Of a stretch of DNA of 64,000 nt, positions 11,301 to 23,672 are shown in pieces (position 1 is the first letter of the stretch; every line of letters begins with the position of its first letter). Source of the DNA: an uncultured delta proteobacterium (lineage in GTDB: Bacteria > Myxococcota > Myxococcia > Myxococcales > Myxococcaceae); contig CAVYSY010000056.1 of assembly GCA_963771175.1 (NCBI GenBank), positions 116,960 through 180,959 of the forward strand, written 5' to 3'. Under the pieces are notes generated by a model, which saw only the letters and a list, made by a program, of their open reading frames with translations, had not been told where the DNA came from and did no database searches. The position numbers and the translations under genes are program-made.

Positions 11301-12417
11301 TCTCGTGGAAGGCCAGCACCACCTCGTCCACGTCCTCGGCATCGAGCGGCGCGGCTCCCTCGGTGAGCCCCGTGAGCACGAACGCCACCAGCGTCAACTG
11401 ATGGCGCTGGGAGGTCCGAGGGGCCTCGCATCCAGGCTGGAGCCGCACCCTCAGCTCGTGCAGCTCCGAGCGCAGCTCCAGCGCCGTGCGGAAGCGCCGG
11501 GCCGGGTCCTTGGCCAGCGCGGTGGTCAGCAGCGCCTCCACCTCCTGGGGCACCTCGGGCCGGCGCGCGCGCACCGAAGGCACGGGCTCGTCGGAGGTGA
11601 CCCACGCGCGCAGCTCGTCAAAGGGAGCGCTCGGGTGGGGCATCCTCCCGGTGAGCAGCTCGTGGAGCACGACTCCGACGGCCCAGATGTCGGTGCGCGC
11701 GTCCTGGGGCTCACCCCGCCACTGCTCCGGCGCCATGTAGGCCGGCGTCCCCGCGGTGGGCAGCTCCGGTCTGTAGCCACTGCAGGCGGGCGAGAAGTTC
11801 GACAGGCCGAAGTCGAGCAGCTTCACCGTCCCCTGCTGGGTGAGGAAGACATTGCCGGGCTTGAGGTCCCGGTGCACGAGGTGACGCTCGTGCGCGTGCG
11901 CCAGGCCCGCGGCGATGCCCTCGAGGATCTCCAACGCGCGCTCGACGTCTGGCGGCCCCCGCTTCAGCAGCGCGGCGAGCGACTCGCCCTCCAGGCACTC
12001 CATCACCAGGACGGGGATGCCCGGCTCTCCGGGAGCGTCCTGCCACTCGGACACGTCGAAGATGCGGACGATGTTCTCGTGGTCCAGCAGGGCCACCGCC
12101 CGCGCCTCGCACAACCCCGACTGCTCGAAGCCCTTGTCGAGCAGGAGGAACTTGAGCGCCACCTCGCGGGCCAGCACCTCGTCGCGCGCGCGGAACACCT
12201 GCCCCATCCCCCCACCGCCCATCCAGCCGAGCACGGTGTACCGATGACCGTCCGAGCCTCCGAGCCGCTCTCCGGGAAGAGGGAGCTGGGGGGCTGATTC
12301 GAGCTGAAGCATCTCCTTCAGGAACGAGTCTCCGGACTCTCCTTCCTCGAAGAAGGAGAGGCCCCGGCTCGTGGATGGGCCCCCGTGCTCGTATGCCCTG
12401 GAGACATCCTTGCTCAT
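8326..12417 (-). CDS. Ser/Thr kinase + class III cyclase-like + STAND (AAA) ATPase + TPR protein
   Basis: [75 protein letters not shown]; helical C-terminus. Confidence 0.92.
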   Translation of the reverse strand: MSKDVSRAYEHGGPSTSRGLSFFEEGESGDSFLKEMLQLESAPQLPLPGERLGGSDGHRYTVLGWMGGGGMGQVFRARDEVLAREVALKFLLLDKGFEQSGLCEARAVALLDHENIVRIFDVSEWQDAPGEPGIPVLVMECLEGESLAALLKRGPPDVERALEILEGIAAGLAHAHERHLVHRDLKPGNVFLTQQGTVKLLDFGLSNFSPACSGYRPELPTAGTPAYMAPEQWRGEPQDARTDIWAVGVVLHELLTGRMPHPSAPFDELRAWVTSDEPVPSVRARRPEVPQEVEALLTTALAKDPARRFRTALELRSELHELRVRLQPGCEAPRTSQRHQLTLVAFVLTGLTEGAAPLDAEDVDEVVLAFHETSAELIGQHGGSVALSMGGEVLACFGCPQGREDDSERAVRAGLQLTRELRDTLQRKLPHLPLSGLVVRAGIHTDWVTVRAQALGSRGGGRLAVQGEAPRVAEWLARQAGPGGVLLGETTWQLVRGAFLTASLGSRVFEGLSGSLRLEAHGVLGERRVTSRFDQSLVTGRLLPLVGRESELAQLLEPWERAWRGQGSFVLVSGEAGIGKSRLIEELCERVAPESALLLRVQCWSRFSTHALHPAIALLQDVARFSPEDSPHQRLRKLEERLGELGLSTEDTHLMGQLLSLPVPEDSPVHHLTPERRKERIFEALARILLHRHCCEAPVLLVVEDLHWVDSLELEFLGFLLERIEKERLLVVLSSRPELQPDWPRHPWFHRLALERLPAGLAAMLVKEVAQGRELPDETVQRLVSRTDGIPLFIEEMTRMVLEGGAEASIPVTLHELLLARLDLLPSRQRALAQLCAVVGRDFPRALIAALMDLEDDVLGRELAGLVDAGLLQAEPCADKGPGYQFRHALIQDAAYQSLSRSTRRQHHRHIARVLEEHFPHLVKKKPEMLAHHYTEAGEVEPAIRYRFRAGQLANQRMAYREALNHLTLALKLLPGLPDAERRLREELQLLMALGVPLAYQHGYGSPEMERLCSRIRELFIQVGEELPRTELCFVSLQVHAFVGAEFQRTLELGGLLVDMGERQHSQELLSMGHRMMTSSLVSYGQMRAAAEHAERVLASLPLELEQLRRLATRQGLEPRSATLAFASVIYSVLGQVDKARRYGREAVEWIERIVHPQTLGLVLFYTAMSCRIRGELGEALERVERSIELSREQGNGMLRAYAGLIQGWCLSGLGRPREGLVLIRRGIDDWRSLGFRSMLPFQGYLLAESLLTLGRVREGLAVVHEALAGVDATGERDSEVELHHLHGELLWADGRAHEAKPHFLLALALARQRGLGLVELRVTESLSRLLRELEQPEEARALLEALQASGPGLAPRLSSAEP

Positions 12418-12525
12418 CGCCGCGCTCCCCTCTTCCGGCCGGGCTCCTGCATGGGCCGGTCCCCTCCTCGGAAGACGGAGTGGCCTCCCTTGGATGTGAC
12501 GAGGAGGCGCGCCTGGAAGCCCTCC

Positions 12526-15500
12526 TCACTCCAACTCGCGCCCGGAAGGAGAGGGAGCATCCCAGGGCCCGAGCTCCTTCAGCAGGGCCCGTGCCTCGCG
12601 GAAGTCGAGCGAGTCGGAGCCCTCGTCGAGCCGCCCCAGGGCGAGCACCAGCAGCGGCCCGGCCTCCTCCGCCCTCCCCTCGTCCCGCATCAGCCGGCAC
12701 AGGCTCACCGTCGCGCGCAGCTCGAAGAGGCCCGCTCCCTGCCGCGAGGCGACCTCGATGGCGCGCACGAACCGGGCCTTCGCCTTGCGCTCCTGCCCCC
12801 TGGCCCGCAGCAGCTCCCCGTCCAGGCGCAGCAGCTCGGCCTCGTAGACGCGCTCGCCCGTGGCCTTCATCTCCGCCAGCGCCTGGCACGTCGCGTCCAG
12901 CCCCTCCCAGATGCGGCCCAGCTTCAGATGGAGCTCCGCGAGCATGCTGTAGCCGTGCGGCACCCCGGCCCGGATGCCCCGCTCCGCGCGGCCGCGCAGC
13001 TCCTCGCGGACGAGCGAGAGGCCCTCGGAGTGCCGCCCCAGCTCGGACAGGGCCCACCCCCGGACCATCGTGGACCACGAGCTCCACAGCCAGTAGCTGC
13101 GCTCGCCCGAGAGCGCGAGCGCCTGGTCCGCCCACCGCAGGGCCTCTCCCGGCTCACGGCGGACCTGACAGGCCACGGCCGCGTACGTGAGCGCGTAGGC
13201 CGTGGTGTGGGCATGGCCGATGCGCCCGGCCAGCTCCAGGGCGCTCCGGCCGCAGCTCCGCGCCTCGCCGAGGTGCCCCTCCACCGAGTGGATGACACCG
13301 GCGAGGCCCAGCGCCGTCGCCTTCGGGTCGGTCCAGTGCAGCGAGGCCAGTCCGCGGTGCTGCTCCAGCTCGAAGCGCGCGCAGACCACGGCGCGGTCCA
13401 CATCCGCCACCGCCTCCCGGATGTGGCCCCAGAGGAAGTGGGCGGTGCCCGTCATCCGGTACCCCACGGCGAGCAGCGTCCGGTCCTGCCGGCGCTCGCC
13501 CACGTCCACCAGCAGCCGGGCCAGCTCGTGGAACGGGCCGAGCTCCGCCCGCGCGTAGTGGTAGGCGAAGGGCCCCCACAGGGAGAGCTCTATCTCCGGC
13601 AGCGCCTCGCCCATCTGGAGGAAGAGCTCCCGGGCCCGGCCATACGTGCGCCGCACCTCGGGCGAGCGGAAGCCCTGCACGTGCGACAGGGGGAGGCCCA
13701 GGGCCAGGAGAATCCGCAGCTCCTCGCGGGCGTGCTGGCGCGCATCCGGCAATCCCCTCAGCAGCTTCAACGCCCGGGTGAGGTGCTCCACCGCCTCCCG
13801 GCTGGCCAGCCGCTGGTTGGCGAGCTGCCCGGCCCGGAACCAGTAGCCCACGGCCGCCGCGTACGCCCCCGCCTCGGTGAAGTGGCGCGCGAGCACCTCG
13901 GGCTTCGCTTCGGCCAGGGCGGGGAAGCGCTCCACCAGGACCCGGGCGATGTGCCGGTGGTACTGCCGCCGCGTGCCGCGCGACAGGGACTGGCTGGCCA
14001 CCTCCTGGATGAGCGCGTGCTGGAACTGGTAGGCGGGCTCTCCCGCCTCGCGCTGCTCCTGGAAGAAGCCCGCCTCCACCAGGCCGTCCAGGTCCCTGCC
14101 CAGGGCGGCCTCGTCGCGCCCGGTGAGCGCCACCACCAGGGCCCGCGTGAAGTCTCGCCCCACCATCGCGCAGAGCTGCGCCAGGGCCCGCTGCCGCGAC
14201 GGGAGCCGATCCAACCTCGCCAGCAGCAGCTCGCGCAGGGTGACGGGGATGGAGCCCGGCATCAGCTCGGTGAGAGAGCCGGCCTCGTGCTCCAGCAGCA
14301 TGCGCGTCATCTCCCCGATGAAGAGGGGAATCCCATCCGTGCGCCGCACCAGGTTGCGCACCGTCTCCTCGGAGAGCTCCCGTCCCCGGGCGACCTCGCG
14401 CACGAGCACCGCGGCCTGCTCCGCCGGGAGCCGCTCCAGCGTCAGCCGATGGAGCCAGGAGCGCCGGGGCCAGGACGGGGGCACCTCGGTGCGCGTGCTG
14501 AGGAGCACGAGGATGCGGGCCCGCTCGACGCGCTCCAGCAGGAGGCGGAGGAACTCCAGCTCGGTGGAGTCGGCCCAGTGCAGGTCCTCCACGACGGCGA
14601 GCACCGGGCGCTCCCGGGCCAGGCGCGGCACCAGGTCCACCATCGCCCGGAGGGCCAGCTCCTTGCGCCGCTCGGGGGTGAGCAGGCGCACCGGGGAGTC
14701 CTCGTCGAGGGGCAGCCCCATCGGCGGGCGGAGGAGCTGCGCCTGCTCCTCGGAGAGCCCCATTCCCTCCATCCGCTCCAGCAGCGCCTGATAGAGCTCG
14801 CGCGGGGAGCGGCCCGGGGGCAGCCGGAACAGGTCCTGGAGGAGCTGGAGGAAGGGGTGGAGGGCGGTGGTGCTGAAGCGGGACCAGCACTGGAAGCGCA
14901 CCCGGATGGAGGACTCCGGGGGGACGCGCGCGTACAGCTCCTGGATGAGGCGGGACTTGCCAATGCCCGCCTCGCCGCAGACGAGAAGGAACGCGCCCTG
15001 CCCCCGGAGGGCCTGCGCCCACAGCTCCTCGAGCCGCCGCAGCTCGCGCTCGCGCCCCACCAGCGGCAGGAGTCCCTCGGTGGCGAGTGCCCGCTCGAAG
15101 CGCACGGTGGCCTCGCGCTCGCGCAGCACGAGGTGGACGTCCAGGCGCCAGCTGCCCGACAGGCCCTCGAACTCGCGCTGCCCGAGCACCTCCGTCTCGA
15201 AGGCGCCGCGCACCATGTGCCACGTGGCATCCCCGAGCACCACCTGCCCCGGCGCGGCCTGCCGCGCGAGCCACGCGGCCACCTGGGGAGCCTCGCCCTG
15301 GATGACGAGCCCCCCGCCCCGAGGCCCCGGCGCGCGCTCGTCCAGGGCCACGGTGTCCGAGTGGATGCCCACCTTCACCGCCACGCCGGAGAGGGACAGG
15401 TGCGGCATGCGGCGCTGGAGGGCCTCGGGGAAGTCCCGGGCCAGCCGCAGCCCCGCGCGCACCGCGCGCTCCGAGTCGTCCTCGCGCACCTGGGGGAAGC

Positions 15501-16716
15501 CGAAGCACGCCAGCACCTCGCCGGCCAGGGACAGGGGCACGGTGCCGCCGTGCTGCTCGATGACCTCGGCGCACGTCTCGTGGAAGGCCAGCTCCAGCTC
15601 GCCCTGGTCCTCCACGTCGAGCGGCCCTCCGAGCCGGCCGAGCCCCGTGAGCAGGCACGACACCAGCGTCACCTGCCGGCGCTGGGACGCGGCGGCGGGC
15701 CGGCGTCGCTCGAGAGCCGGACCGAAGAGGCGCCCGCGCACCTCGCGCAGCTCCTCGCGCAGCTCCAGCGCCGTGCGGAAGCGCCGGGCCGGGTCCTTGT
15801 CCAGCGCGGTGGCCAGCAGCGCATCCAGCTCCCGAGGCACCTCGGGCCGGCGCGCGCGCACCGTGGGCATGGGCTCCTGGGACGTCACCCACTCGCGGAG
15901 CTGCGCGAAGGTGGCCTTGGGCCAGGGCACCGTCCCGACGAGCATCTCGTAGAGGACGACGCCCGCCGCCCAGATGTCGGTGCGCGCGTCCTGGGGCTCG
16001 CCCCGCCACTGCTCCGGCGCCATGTAGGCCGGCGTCCCCGCGGTGGGCAGGTGCGGCGCGGCCGTGGCGCTGGTGAAGTGGGACAGGCCGAAGTCCAGCA
16101 GCTTCACCGTGCCTTCCCGGGTGAGGAAGACGTTGCGCGGCTTGAGGTCGCGGTGGATGACGTGGCGCTCGTGCGCGTGCGCCAGGCCCGCGGCGATGCC
16201 GTCCAGGATGTCCAGGGCCCCGCGCACGTCCAGGCGCTCGCGCTTCAGCCGCGCGGCGAGCGACTCCCCCTCCAGACACTCCATCACCAGGAAGGGAATG
16301 CCCGGCCCCCCGGGCGTGGCGCGCCACTCGGACTCGTCGAAGACGCGGACGATGTTCAGGTGGTCCAACTGAGCGATGGCGCGCGCCTCCCGCAGGGCTT
16401 CCTCCACGCAGCCCACCCGGGGCAGGAGGAACTTGAGCGCCACCTCGCGGTGCAGCACCTCGTCCCAGGCGCGGAAGACCTGCGCCATGGCCCCGCTGCC
16501 CATGGGGGCGACAATCCTGTACCGGAGGCCCTCTTGCCCGCCCAGTCGCTCTCCAGCCATGGGCAGGCGGGGCAGGCTCTCGGGCTGGAGCACCTCCTTC
16601 AGGAACTCATCCCCGAAATCCGAGCTCTCGGAGCCACCCGCGCCGCTGGAACCACCCGAGGGGGGGCTCCCCTGCTCGGCTCCCTGCTCGCCCTGGTCCT
16701 CGCCGTCCCCGCTCAT
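12526..16716 (-). CDS. Ser/Thr kinase + class III cyclase-like + STAND (AAA) ATPase + TPR protein (paralog)
   Basis: Same motif series and order as 8326-12417. Confidence 0.92.
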   Translation of the reverse strand: MSGDGEDQGEQGAEQGSPPSGGSSGAGGSESSDFGDEFLKEVLQPESLPRLPMAGERLGGQEGLRYRIVAPMGSGAMAQVFRAWDEVLHREVALKFLLPRVGCVEEALREARAIAQLDHLNIVRVFDESEWRATPGGPGIPFLVMECLEGESLAARLKRERLDVRGALDILDGIAAGLAHAHERHVIHRDLKPRNVFLTREGTVKLLDFGLSHFTSATAAPHLPTAGTPAYMAPEQWRGEPQDARTDIWAAGVVLYEMLVGTVPWPKATFAQLREWVTSQEPMPTVRARRPEVPRELDALLATALDKDPARRFRTALELREELREVRGRLFGPALERRRPAAASQRRQVTLVSCLLTGLGRLGGPLDVEDQGELELAFHETCAEVIEQHGGTVPLSLAGEVLACFGFPQVREDDSERAVRAGLRLARDFPEALQRRMPHLSLSGVAVKVGIHSDTVALDERAPGPRGGGLVIQGEAPQVAAWLARQAAPGQVVLGDATWHMVRGAFETEVLGQREFEGLSGSWRLDVHLVLREREATVRFERALATEGLLPLVGRERELRRLEELWAQALRGQGAFLLVCGEAGIGKSRLIQELYARVPPESSIRVRFQCWSRFSTTALHPFLQLLQDLFRLPPGRSPRELYQALLERMEGMGLSEEQAQLLRPPMGLPLDEDSPVRLLTPERRKELALRAMVDLVPRLARERPVLAVVEDLHWADSTELEFLRLLLERVERARILVLLSTRTEVPPSWPRRSWLHRLTLERLPAEQAAVLVREVARGRELSEETVRNLVRRTDGIPLFIGEMTRMLLEHEAGSLTELMPGSIPVTLRELLLARLDRLPSRQRALAQLCAMVGRDFTRALVVALTGRDEAALGRDLDGLVEAGFFQEQREAGEPAYQFQHALIQEVASQSLSRGTRRQYHRHIARVLVERFPALAEAKPEVLARHFTEAGAYAAAVGYWFRAGQLANQRLASREAVEHLTRALKLLRGLPDARQHAREELRILLALGLPLSHVQGFRSPEVRRTYGRARELFLQMGEALPEIELSLWGPFAYHYARAELGPFHELARLLVDVGERRQDRTLLAVGYRMTGTAHFLWGHIREAVADVDRAVVCARFELEQHRGLASLHWTDPKATALGLAGVIHSVEGHLGEARSCGRSALELAGRIGHAHTTAYALTYAAVACQVRREPGEALRWADQALALSGERSYWLWSSWSTMVRGWALSELGRHSEGLSLVREELRGRAERGIRAGVPHGYSMLAELHLKLGRIWEGLDATCQALAEMKATGERVYEAELLRLDGELLRARGQERKAKARFVRAIEVASRQGAGLFELRATVSLCRLMRDEGRAEEAGPLLVLALGRLDEGSDSLDFREARALLKELGPWDAPSPSGRELE

Positions 16717-16851
16717 CGCGTGCCCCCGAACCTCTCCCTCGGCTCATGTCTTCGGGAAAGGAGCGAGTTTCCCTGGAAGCTATGAACGGAGCGCGTGACG
16801 GACCAATCGGGCCGCCGGACGAGAGAGGGCCGGAGCCCGTGCACTCCGCCC

Positions 16852-18326
<1,475 letters not shown>

Positions 18327-18338
18327 AGTCGCGGGCGC

Positions 18339-19664
18339 ATGCCCGCCCCGCGCGCCCCGTCCGTTGACCCCTCTCCCCTCGTACTCCCCGCCCTGGAGGC
18401 CCTGGTGGGTCCCGTGCTCCTCCTCGACTCCCAGCAGCGGGTGACGGACGCCACGGCCGAGGCCGAGGCGCGCCTGGGGTCCTCGGCCGTGCGTCCCGGG
18501 ACGCCGCTGGCGCAGGTGCTCTCGCTGAATGGGGGCCCCCAGGGACTCGAGGCGCTGCTCTCGCGGGGCCGCGAGGTGGAGGCCACGGTGCGCCAGGGCG
18601 GGCGCGTGCGGGTGACGCATGTGCGCGCCCTCGAGCTCACGCGGGGAGCGAAGCGGCTCGGCTGGGTGGTGCTGCTCGGCGAGGAGGAGGAGGCCGGGGA
18701 GGAGGGCGAGGTCGCGGAGACGTTCCACGGCATGTGGACGAGGGACCCGGGAATGAAGCGCGTCTTCCGCATCGTGGAGAAGGTGGCGCGCACCGAGTCC
18801 AGCGTGCTGGTGCGAGGCGAGTCCGGGACGGGCAAGGAGCTGGTGGCCAACGCGCTGCACGCCATCTCCGAGAGGCGCAAGGGGCCCTTCCGCGCCATCA
18901 ACTGCGCCGCGCTGCCGCCCAACCTCCTGGAGAGCGAGCTGTTCGGCCACGTGCGCGGGGCCTTCACGGGCGCGGTGCGCGACAGCCCGGGCCACTTCCG
19001 GCTGGCGGACGGGGGCACCCTCTTCCTGGACGAGGTGGCGGAGATGCCGTTGGACCTCCAGGCCAAGCTGCTGCGAGTGCTGGAGACGCGCTCCATCATC
19101 CCCGTGGGCGGGCGCTCGCCGGTGCCGGTGAATGTGCGCATCGTCACGGCCACCCACCGGCCGCTGCGGCGCGAGGTGGAGGAGGGCCGCTTCCGCGCGG
19201 ACCTCATGTACCGGTTGCGCGTGGTGCCCCTCTTCCTGCCGCCCCTGCGCGAGCGACGGGGGGACATCCTCCCGCTGGCCCGGCGCTTCCTCGACGAGCT
19301 GCAGCAGAATGGCACCCGGCGCGTGGAGCGCTTCTCCCCCGGGGCCCGGCGCCTGCTGGAGTCGCACGGCTGGGCGGGCAACGTGCGCGAGCTGCGCAAC
19401 GTGATGGAGTACGCCTACGTCATCGGCGAGGGCCCGGTGCTGCACGAGGCCGACCTGCCCCCCGAGTTCTCCGAGGCGCGCCCGCTGGCGCCCGCTGTCC
19501 CGGAGAAGCACCCCGCCCCCCCGGGAGCTGACCATGAACTGGCCGAGCTCCGAGCGGCCCTGGCACGAGCGGGAGGTAACCGGACGGAGGCCGCTCGGAT
19601 GCTGGGCATCAGCCGCGTCACCCTGTGGCGTCGCCTCAAGGCCGCCGAGGCCGCGGAGCACTAG
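18339..19664 (+). CDS. Sigma-54-dependent transcriptional activator (PAS-like + AAA+ + Fis HTH), FisR-like
   Basis: [48 protein letters not shown]. No receiver domain. Confidence 0.92.
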   Translation: MPAPRAPSVDPSPLVLPALEALVGPVLLLDSQQRVTDATAEAEARLGSSAVRPGTPLAQVLSLNGGPQGLEALLSRGREVEATVRQGGRVRVTHVRALELTRGAKRLGWVVLLGEEEEAGEEGEVAETFHGMWTRDPGMKRVFRIVEKVARTESSVLVRGESGTGKELVANALHAISERRKGPFRAINCAALPPNLLESELFGHVRGAFTGAVRDSPGHFRLADGGTLFLDEVAEMPLDLQAKLLRVLETRSIIPVGGRSPVPVNVRIVTATHRPLRREVEEGRFRADLMYRLRVVPLFLPPLRERRGDILPLARRFLDELQQNGTRRVERFSPGARRLLESHGWAGNVRELRNVMEYAYVIGEGPVLHEADLPPEFSEARPLAPAVPEKHPAPPGADHELAELRAALARAGGNRTEAARMLGISRVTLWRRLKAAEAAEH

Positions 19665-19667
19665 TCC

Positions 19668-19707
19668 GTTTCACGCCGTTTCACGGATGTTTCACGCAAC
19701 GTTTCAC
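19668..19707. promoter_or_regulatory. Four GTTTCAC repeats, candidate activator binding sites
   Basis: GTTTCAC at 19668, 19678, 19689 and 19701. This is the reverse complement of the motif core upstream of sqr. Confidence 0.65.
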
Positions 19708-19778
19708 CCGGCTCGCTCCCGCGCCGTCCCGACGAGGCACGGGTGGGGAGTCCCGTCCGAGGTCCGTCCCGAGGTCCC

Positions 19779-19794
19779 TGGCACGGCGCTCGCA
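19779..19794 (+). promoter_or_regulatory. Sigma-54 promoter of pdo-rhodanese-tauE
   Basis: TGGCACGGCGCTCGCA fits GG-N10-GC. Confidence 0.65.
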
Positions 19795-19841
19795 TTCACC
19801 CCCGGCGACCCCCTCGCTCCCGAGGGTGGAGGAACCTGGTG

Positions 19842-20540
19842 ATGATCTTCCGGCAGCTCTTCGATCAAGAGACGTGGACGTACACCTACCTCATCGCCGA
19901 CGAGGCGACGCGCGAGGCGGCACTCATCGACCCGGTGTTCGAGCAGGTGGAGAGGGACCTGCGGGTGGTGGAGGAGCTGGGCCTGACGCTGACGCGGGTA
20001 CTGGAGACGCACGTGCACGCGGACCACATCACCGGGGCCGGCAAGCTGCGCGATGCAACGGGAGCGCGGGTGGCGGCCAGCCCCTCGGGGGCGCCGTGCG
20101 TGGACGAGCATGTGAAGGAGGGCGACGTGCTCGCGCTGGGTGGCCTGCGCATCGAGGTCATCGCCACGCCGGGCCACACCGATGACAGCCTGAGCTTCCG
20201 CGTGGGCCACAAGCTCTTCACGGGCGACGCGCTCCTCATCCGCTCGTGTGGCCGCACCGACTTCCAGAATGGCGACGCCGGCCAGCTCTACGACGCCATC
20301 ACCGGCAAGCTCTTCACCCTCCCCGAGGAGACCGAGGTGTACCCGGGCCACGACTACGCGGGCCTGACGATGAGCACCATCGGTGAGGAGAAGCGCCACA
20401 ACCCCCGGCTGGCCGGCAAGAGCCGCGAGGGGTTCATCGAGTTCATGAACAACCGCAAGCTGGACCCGCCCCGGAAGCTGGACGTCGCCGTGCCGGCCAA
20501 CCGCGCCTGCGGCAAGCCCGTCACCCAGGCCATGGCCTGA
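19842..20540 (+). CDS. pdo: Persulfide dioxygenase (ETHE1-like MBL-fold protein)
   Basis: MIFRQLFD..T.TYTYL, THVHADHITG, TPGHT, FTGDALLIR.CGRTDFQ, PGHDY, VPAN..CG. Confidence 0.9.
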   Translation: MIFRQLFDQETWTYTYLIADEATREAALIDPVFEQVERDLRVVEELGLTLTRVLETHVHADHITGAGKLRDATGARVAASPSGAPCVDEHVKEGDVLALGGLRIEVIATPGHTDDSLSFRVGHKLFTGDALLIRSCGRTDFQNGDAGQLYDAITGKLFTLPEETEVYPGHDYAGLTMSTIGEEKRHNPRLAGKSREGFIEFMNNRKLDPPRKLDVAVPANRACGKPVTQAMA

Positions 20541-20566
20541 GCCCACCGGACCCGAGAGGACACACG

Positions 20567-20932
20567 ATGAACGCACTGTATGAGAAAGGCATCCCGAACG
20601 CGGACGGCTACCGGGACGTGGACGTGACGGCCGTCGTCGCGGCGCACGGCCGGGTGCGGCTGGTGGACGTGCGGGAGCCGTCCGAGTTCAACAACGAGCT
20701 CGGCCACATCGCGGGAGCGGAGCTCGTGCCGCTGGCCACGGTGGAGGGGGCCGCCGAGCCCTGGGCGAGGGACGCGGAGCTGGTGCTGGTGTGCCGCTCG
20801 GGAGCCCGCTCGGGCCGAGCCGCCGCGCAGCTCACGCGCAAGGGCTTCACCCGGGTGATGAACATGCGCGGGGGGATGATTGCCTGGAACGAGGCGGGCC
20901 TGCCCGTGGAGAGGGAGGCCCGCTCCGCATGA
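20567..20932 (+). CDS. Single-domain rhodanese (sulfurtransferase)
   Basis: LVDVREP.EF, GHIAGA, active-site loop CRSGARS, GGMIAW. Confidence 0.9.
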   Translation: MNALYEKGIPNADGYRDVDVTAVVAAHGRVRLVDVREPSEFNNELGHIAGAELVPLATVEGAAEPWARDAELVLVCRSGARSGRAAAQLTRKGFTRVMNMRGGMIAWNEAGLPVEREARSA

Positions 20933-21825
20933 TGGTGCTTGGGATCGCCGCCTCGCTGCTCATCGGGGTGCTGCTGGGGCTGCTGGGAGGCGGCGGCTCC
21001 ATCCTCACCGTGCCCCTGCTGGTCTACATCCTCGGGGTCGAGCCGCGGACGGCCATCGCCATGTCCCTGCTGGTGGTGGGGCTCACCAGCGCCACGGCGG
21101 CCGTGGTGCACGCGCGCGCCGGCCGGGTGCGCTGGCGCACGGCCTTCATCTTCGGCGCCGGAGGCATGACCGGGGCCTTCCTCGGCGGGCGCGTGGCCCA
21201 CGTCCTCCCGCCCGGGGTGCTGCTGCTGCTCTTCACCGCCGTCATGGTGGCGGCCGCCGTGGCCATGCTGCGGCGCAAGGAGGCTCCGGCCGCGAGCGGT
21301 GTGTCCGTTCCGGAGCCGGTGCAGCTCCCCGTGCCGCGCGTGCTCGCGCAGGGCGCCGCCGTGGGCCTGCTGTCGGGGCTCGTGGGAGCGGGAGGCGGGT
21401 TCCTCATCGTGCCCGCGCTGGTGCTGGTGGGGCTGCCCACCCAGACCGCCGTGGGCACCTCGCTCGTCGTCATCTCACTCCAGTGCCTCGCCGGGCTGCT
21501 CGGCCACCTGGGACATGCGCAGTTGCCCTGGGGGCTCACCGGCGCCGTGCTCGCCACGGCCATCAGTGGCAGCTTCATCGGCGGACGGCTCGCGAGCCAC
21601 ATCGCGCCGGGCACGCTGCGCAAGGGGTTCGCCTGGTTCGTGCTCGGCACCGCCACCTTCATGGTCCTGGCGCAGACGCCTCCCGAGCTGCGCGCTCGGA
21701 TGGCTCCGCTCCTCGCGACTCCGTGGCCGTGGGTGGGACTCGTGGGACTGGTGTGCGGGGTGGCCCTGCCCTATGCACTGCTGTGGCGTGGCAACGTGGA
21801 GCGGTCGGACTCGGGGCGCCGGTGA
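20929..21825 (+). CDS. tauE: Sulfite exporter, TauE/SafE family
   Basis: GLLGGGGSILTVP and GLVGAGGGFLIVPAL repeats, many TM segments, ATGA overlap with the rhodanese stop. Confidence 0.88.
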   Translation: MMVLGIAASLLIGVLLGLLGGGGSILTVPLLVYILGVEPRTAIAMSLLVVGLTSATAAVVHARAGRVRWRTAFIFGAGGMTGAFLGGRVAHVLPPGVLLLLFTAVMVAAAVAMLRRKEAPAASGVSVPEPVQLPVPRVLAQGAAVGLLSGLVGAGGGFLIVPALVLVGLPTQTAVGTSLVVISLQCLAGLLGHLGHAQLPWGLTGAVLATAISGSFIGGRLASHIAPGTLRKGFAWFVLGTATFMVLAQTPPELRARMAPLLATPWPWVGLVGLVCGVALPYALLWRGNVERSDSGRR

Positions 21826-21848
21826 CGGGGTAGGCGCACCGGGGGCAG

Positions 21849-23439
21849 CTACACGCGGAAGCTGGTGACCATGGCCTTGAGTCGCTCCAGCGACGTGTTC
21901 ACCTGCACCACCGCCTCCTCCGCGTTCATCGTCGACTCCACCACGTCGCCCATCATCTGCGACAGCGTCGTCATCACCTCGGTCATCTGCGCGATGCCCG
22001 CGTTCTGCTGCGTCACCGAGGCCACGATCTGCTTCGCCGCCTGACTGCTCTCCTGCACCACCGTCGTTATCTCCCGCAGCCGGTCCGCCGACGTCATCAC
22101 CTGGGCGATCCCCGACTCCATCTGCTGGCTGTCCTGCTCGGCGATGAACACCGCCCGACGGATGGCCTGGTTGATCTCCAGGAGGATCTTCCCGATGCGC
22201 TGCGTGCTCTGCACCGACTGGCCGCTCAGCGCCCGCATCTCCTGCGCCACCACCGCGAAACCGCGCCCCTCCTCCCCCGCTCGCGCCGCCTCGATGGAGG
22301 CGTTCAGCGCCAGCACGTTCGACTGGTCCGCCAGGTCGCGCACGCTGCCGATGATTTCCCCCGCTCGCGCCGCCTGCTCCGACAGGTGCGCCACGCTGCG
22401 CATCAGCGCCTCCACCCGCGCCCTCAGCTCCCGCAGCCCCCGCGCGCTGCTCTCGATGGACTGGCGCCCCGAGGCGCTGAACTCGTCCGCCTGCGCCGCC
22501 ACCCTCAGCACCATCTCCGCCCGGCTCGCCGCCAGGTTCGACGTCTGGGCAATCTCGGCTCATCGTCGAGCCCGCATCGGACAGGCTGCGCGACTGGTGG
22601 CTGAGGAACGAGAGCTGTCCCTGGCTCGCCTCGGTGAGCCGCCCCGCCGCGTGCGTCAGGTCATCCACCACGGTCCGCAGCGTCACCGGCACCGTGCGCA
22701 GCCGCTGCACCAGCGCCTCGATGCCTCGCGCGAGCTGGCCTATCTCATCCCCTGAGCTCACGTCGATGCTCTGCGTGAGGTCTCCCTCGGTGGCGATGCG
22801 CGTGGTCACCTCCGTCAGCCGGGTGAGCGGCCCCACCACGCCCTGCGTCAGCCACGACGAGAGAGCTCCCAGCACGAGGATGCACAGCACCACCAGGGTG
22901 ACGATCCACCGCTGCCGCCCCTGTTGCAGCAGGCGCATCTTGTCGAAGGACATCTGCAGCCCGGCGTGGGCCTGCTCGCCCGTGCCGCGCAGGAGCCGCT
23001 CCAGCGTCGTGGAGCGCTCCAGCATCCGCTGGAAGGCCTCCTCCGCCCCGGACTCGCCCCGGGTCGCCAGCTCCACGGCGCGCTGCCCCTGCATCCAGAA
23101 GGCGTCGAAGGCCTCCCGCAGGGCCTTCGGCTGGGACGCGTCCATCACCGGGTTGTCGCCCAGGCGCGCCAGCTCCTCCTGGACGGACTTCGCCCCCTCC
23201 CGCATCGTGCCCAGCCGGGCCTCGTCCCGCGCCAACCAGGCCTCGCGCAGCGTCCACTTCAACGTGGCCACCTGGGACTCCAGGCCCTGCACCGAGACGA
23301 GCGCGGGCGTGTATCCCTCGACGATGCGCACGCGCAGCCGCCCGGCATCCCGGCCGAGCACCATCGACATTCCGAGGATGACCAGGAGGAAGACGGTAGC
23401 CACCACCGGCAGCAGTGAGACCTTCTGCTTGAACGTCAT
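21849..23439 (-). CDS. Methyl-accepting chemotaxis protein; frameshift near 22560
   Basis: Two TM segments, HAMP (DEIGQLA), signalling hairpin LADQSNVLALNASIEAARAGEEGRGFAVVA. Confidence 0.88.
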
Positions 23440-23672
23440 CGCCCCTCGCTCCCCGCGGACGCCCCAACCCTGGCCTGCCCTCGTGCATCGATGGGCATCA
23501 ATGCCGGGGCGGCGCGCGTCCGCCGCGCGGGCCGTAGAATACCGGATGTGCGCCCCCCGCGCGCGCGCCCCCTCCCACCGGTGACGACGTCCCAGGGCCG
23601 GGGCACTGGCGACCCCCGCTCGGCTCCATCCAGGCTTCCTCGCCTGCCGAGGCGCCAGCCCGCTGGAGTGCC

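Noticed and set aside
12385..16785. 1466-aa plus-strand ORF, and similar long antisense ORFs (8410-10812, 13154-16327, 41-1855)
   Set aside because: Shadow frames of real genes in high-GC DNA. They lack motifs and have biased composition.
19668..19707. Short repeats as a possible CRISPR array
   Set aside because: Units are 7 bp with 3-5 nt spacers and no cas genes are present. Better explained as operator sites.
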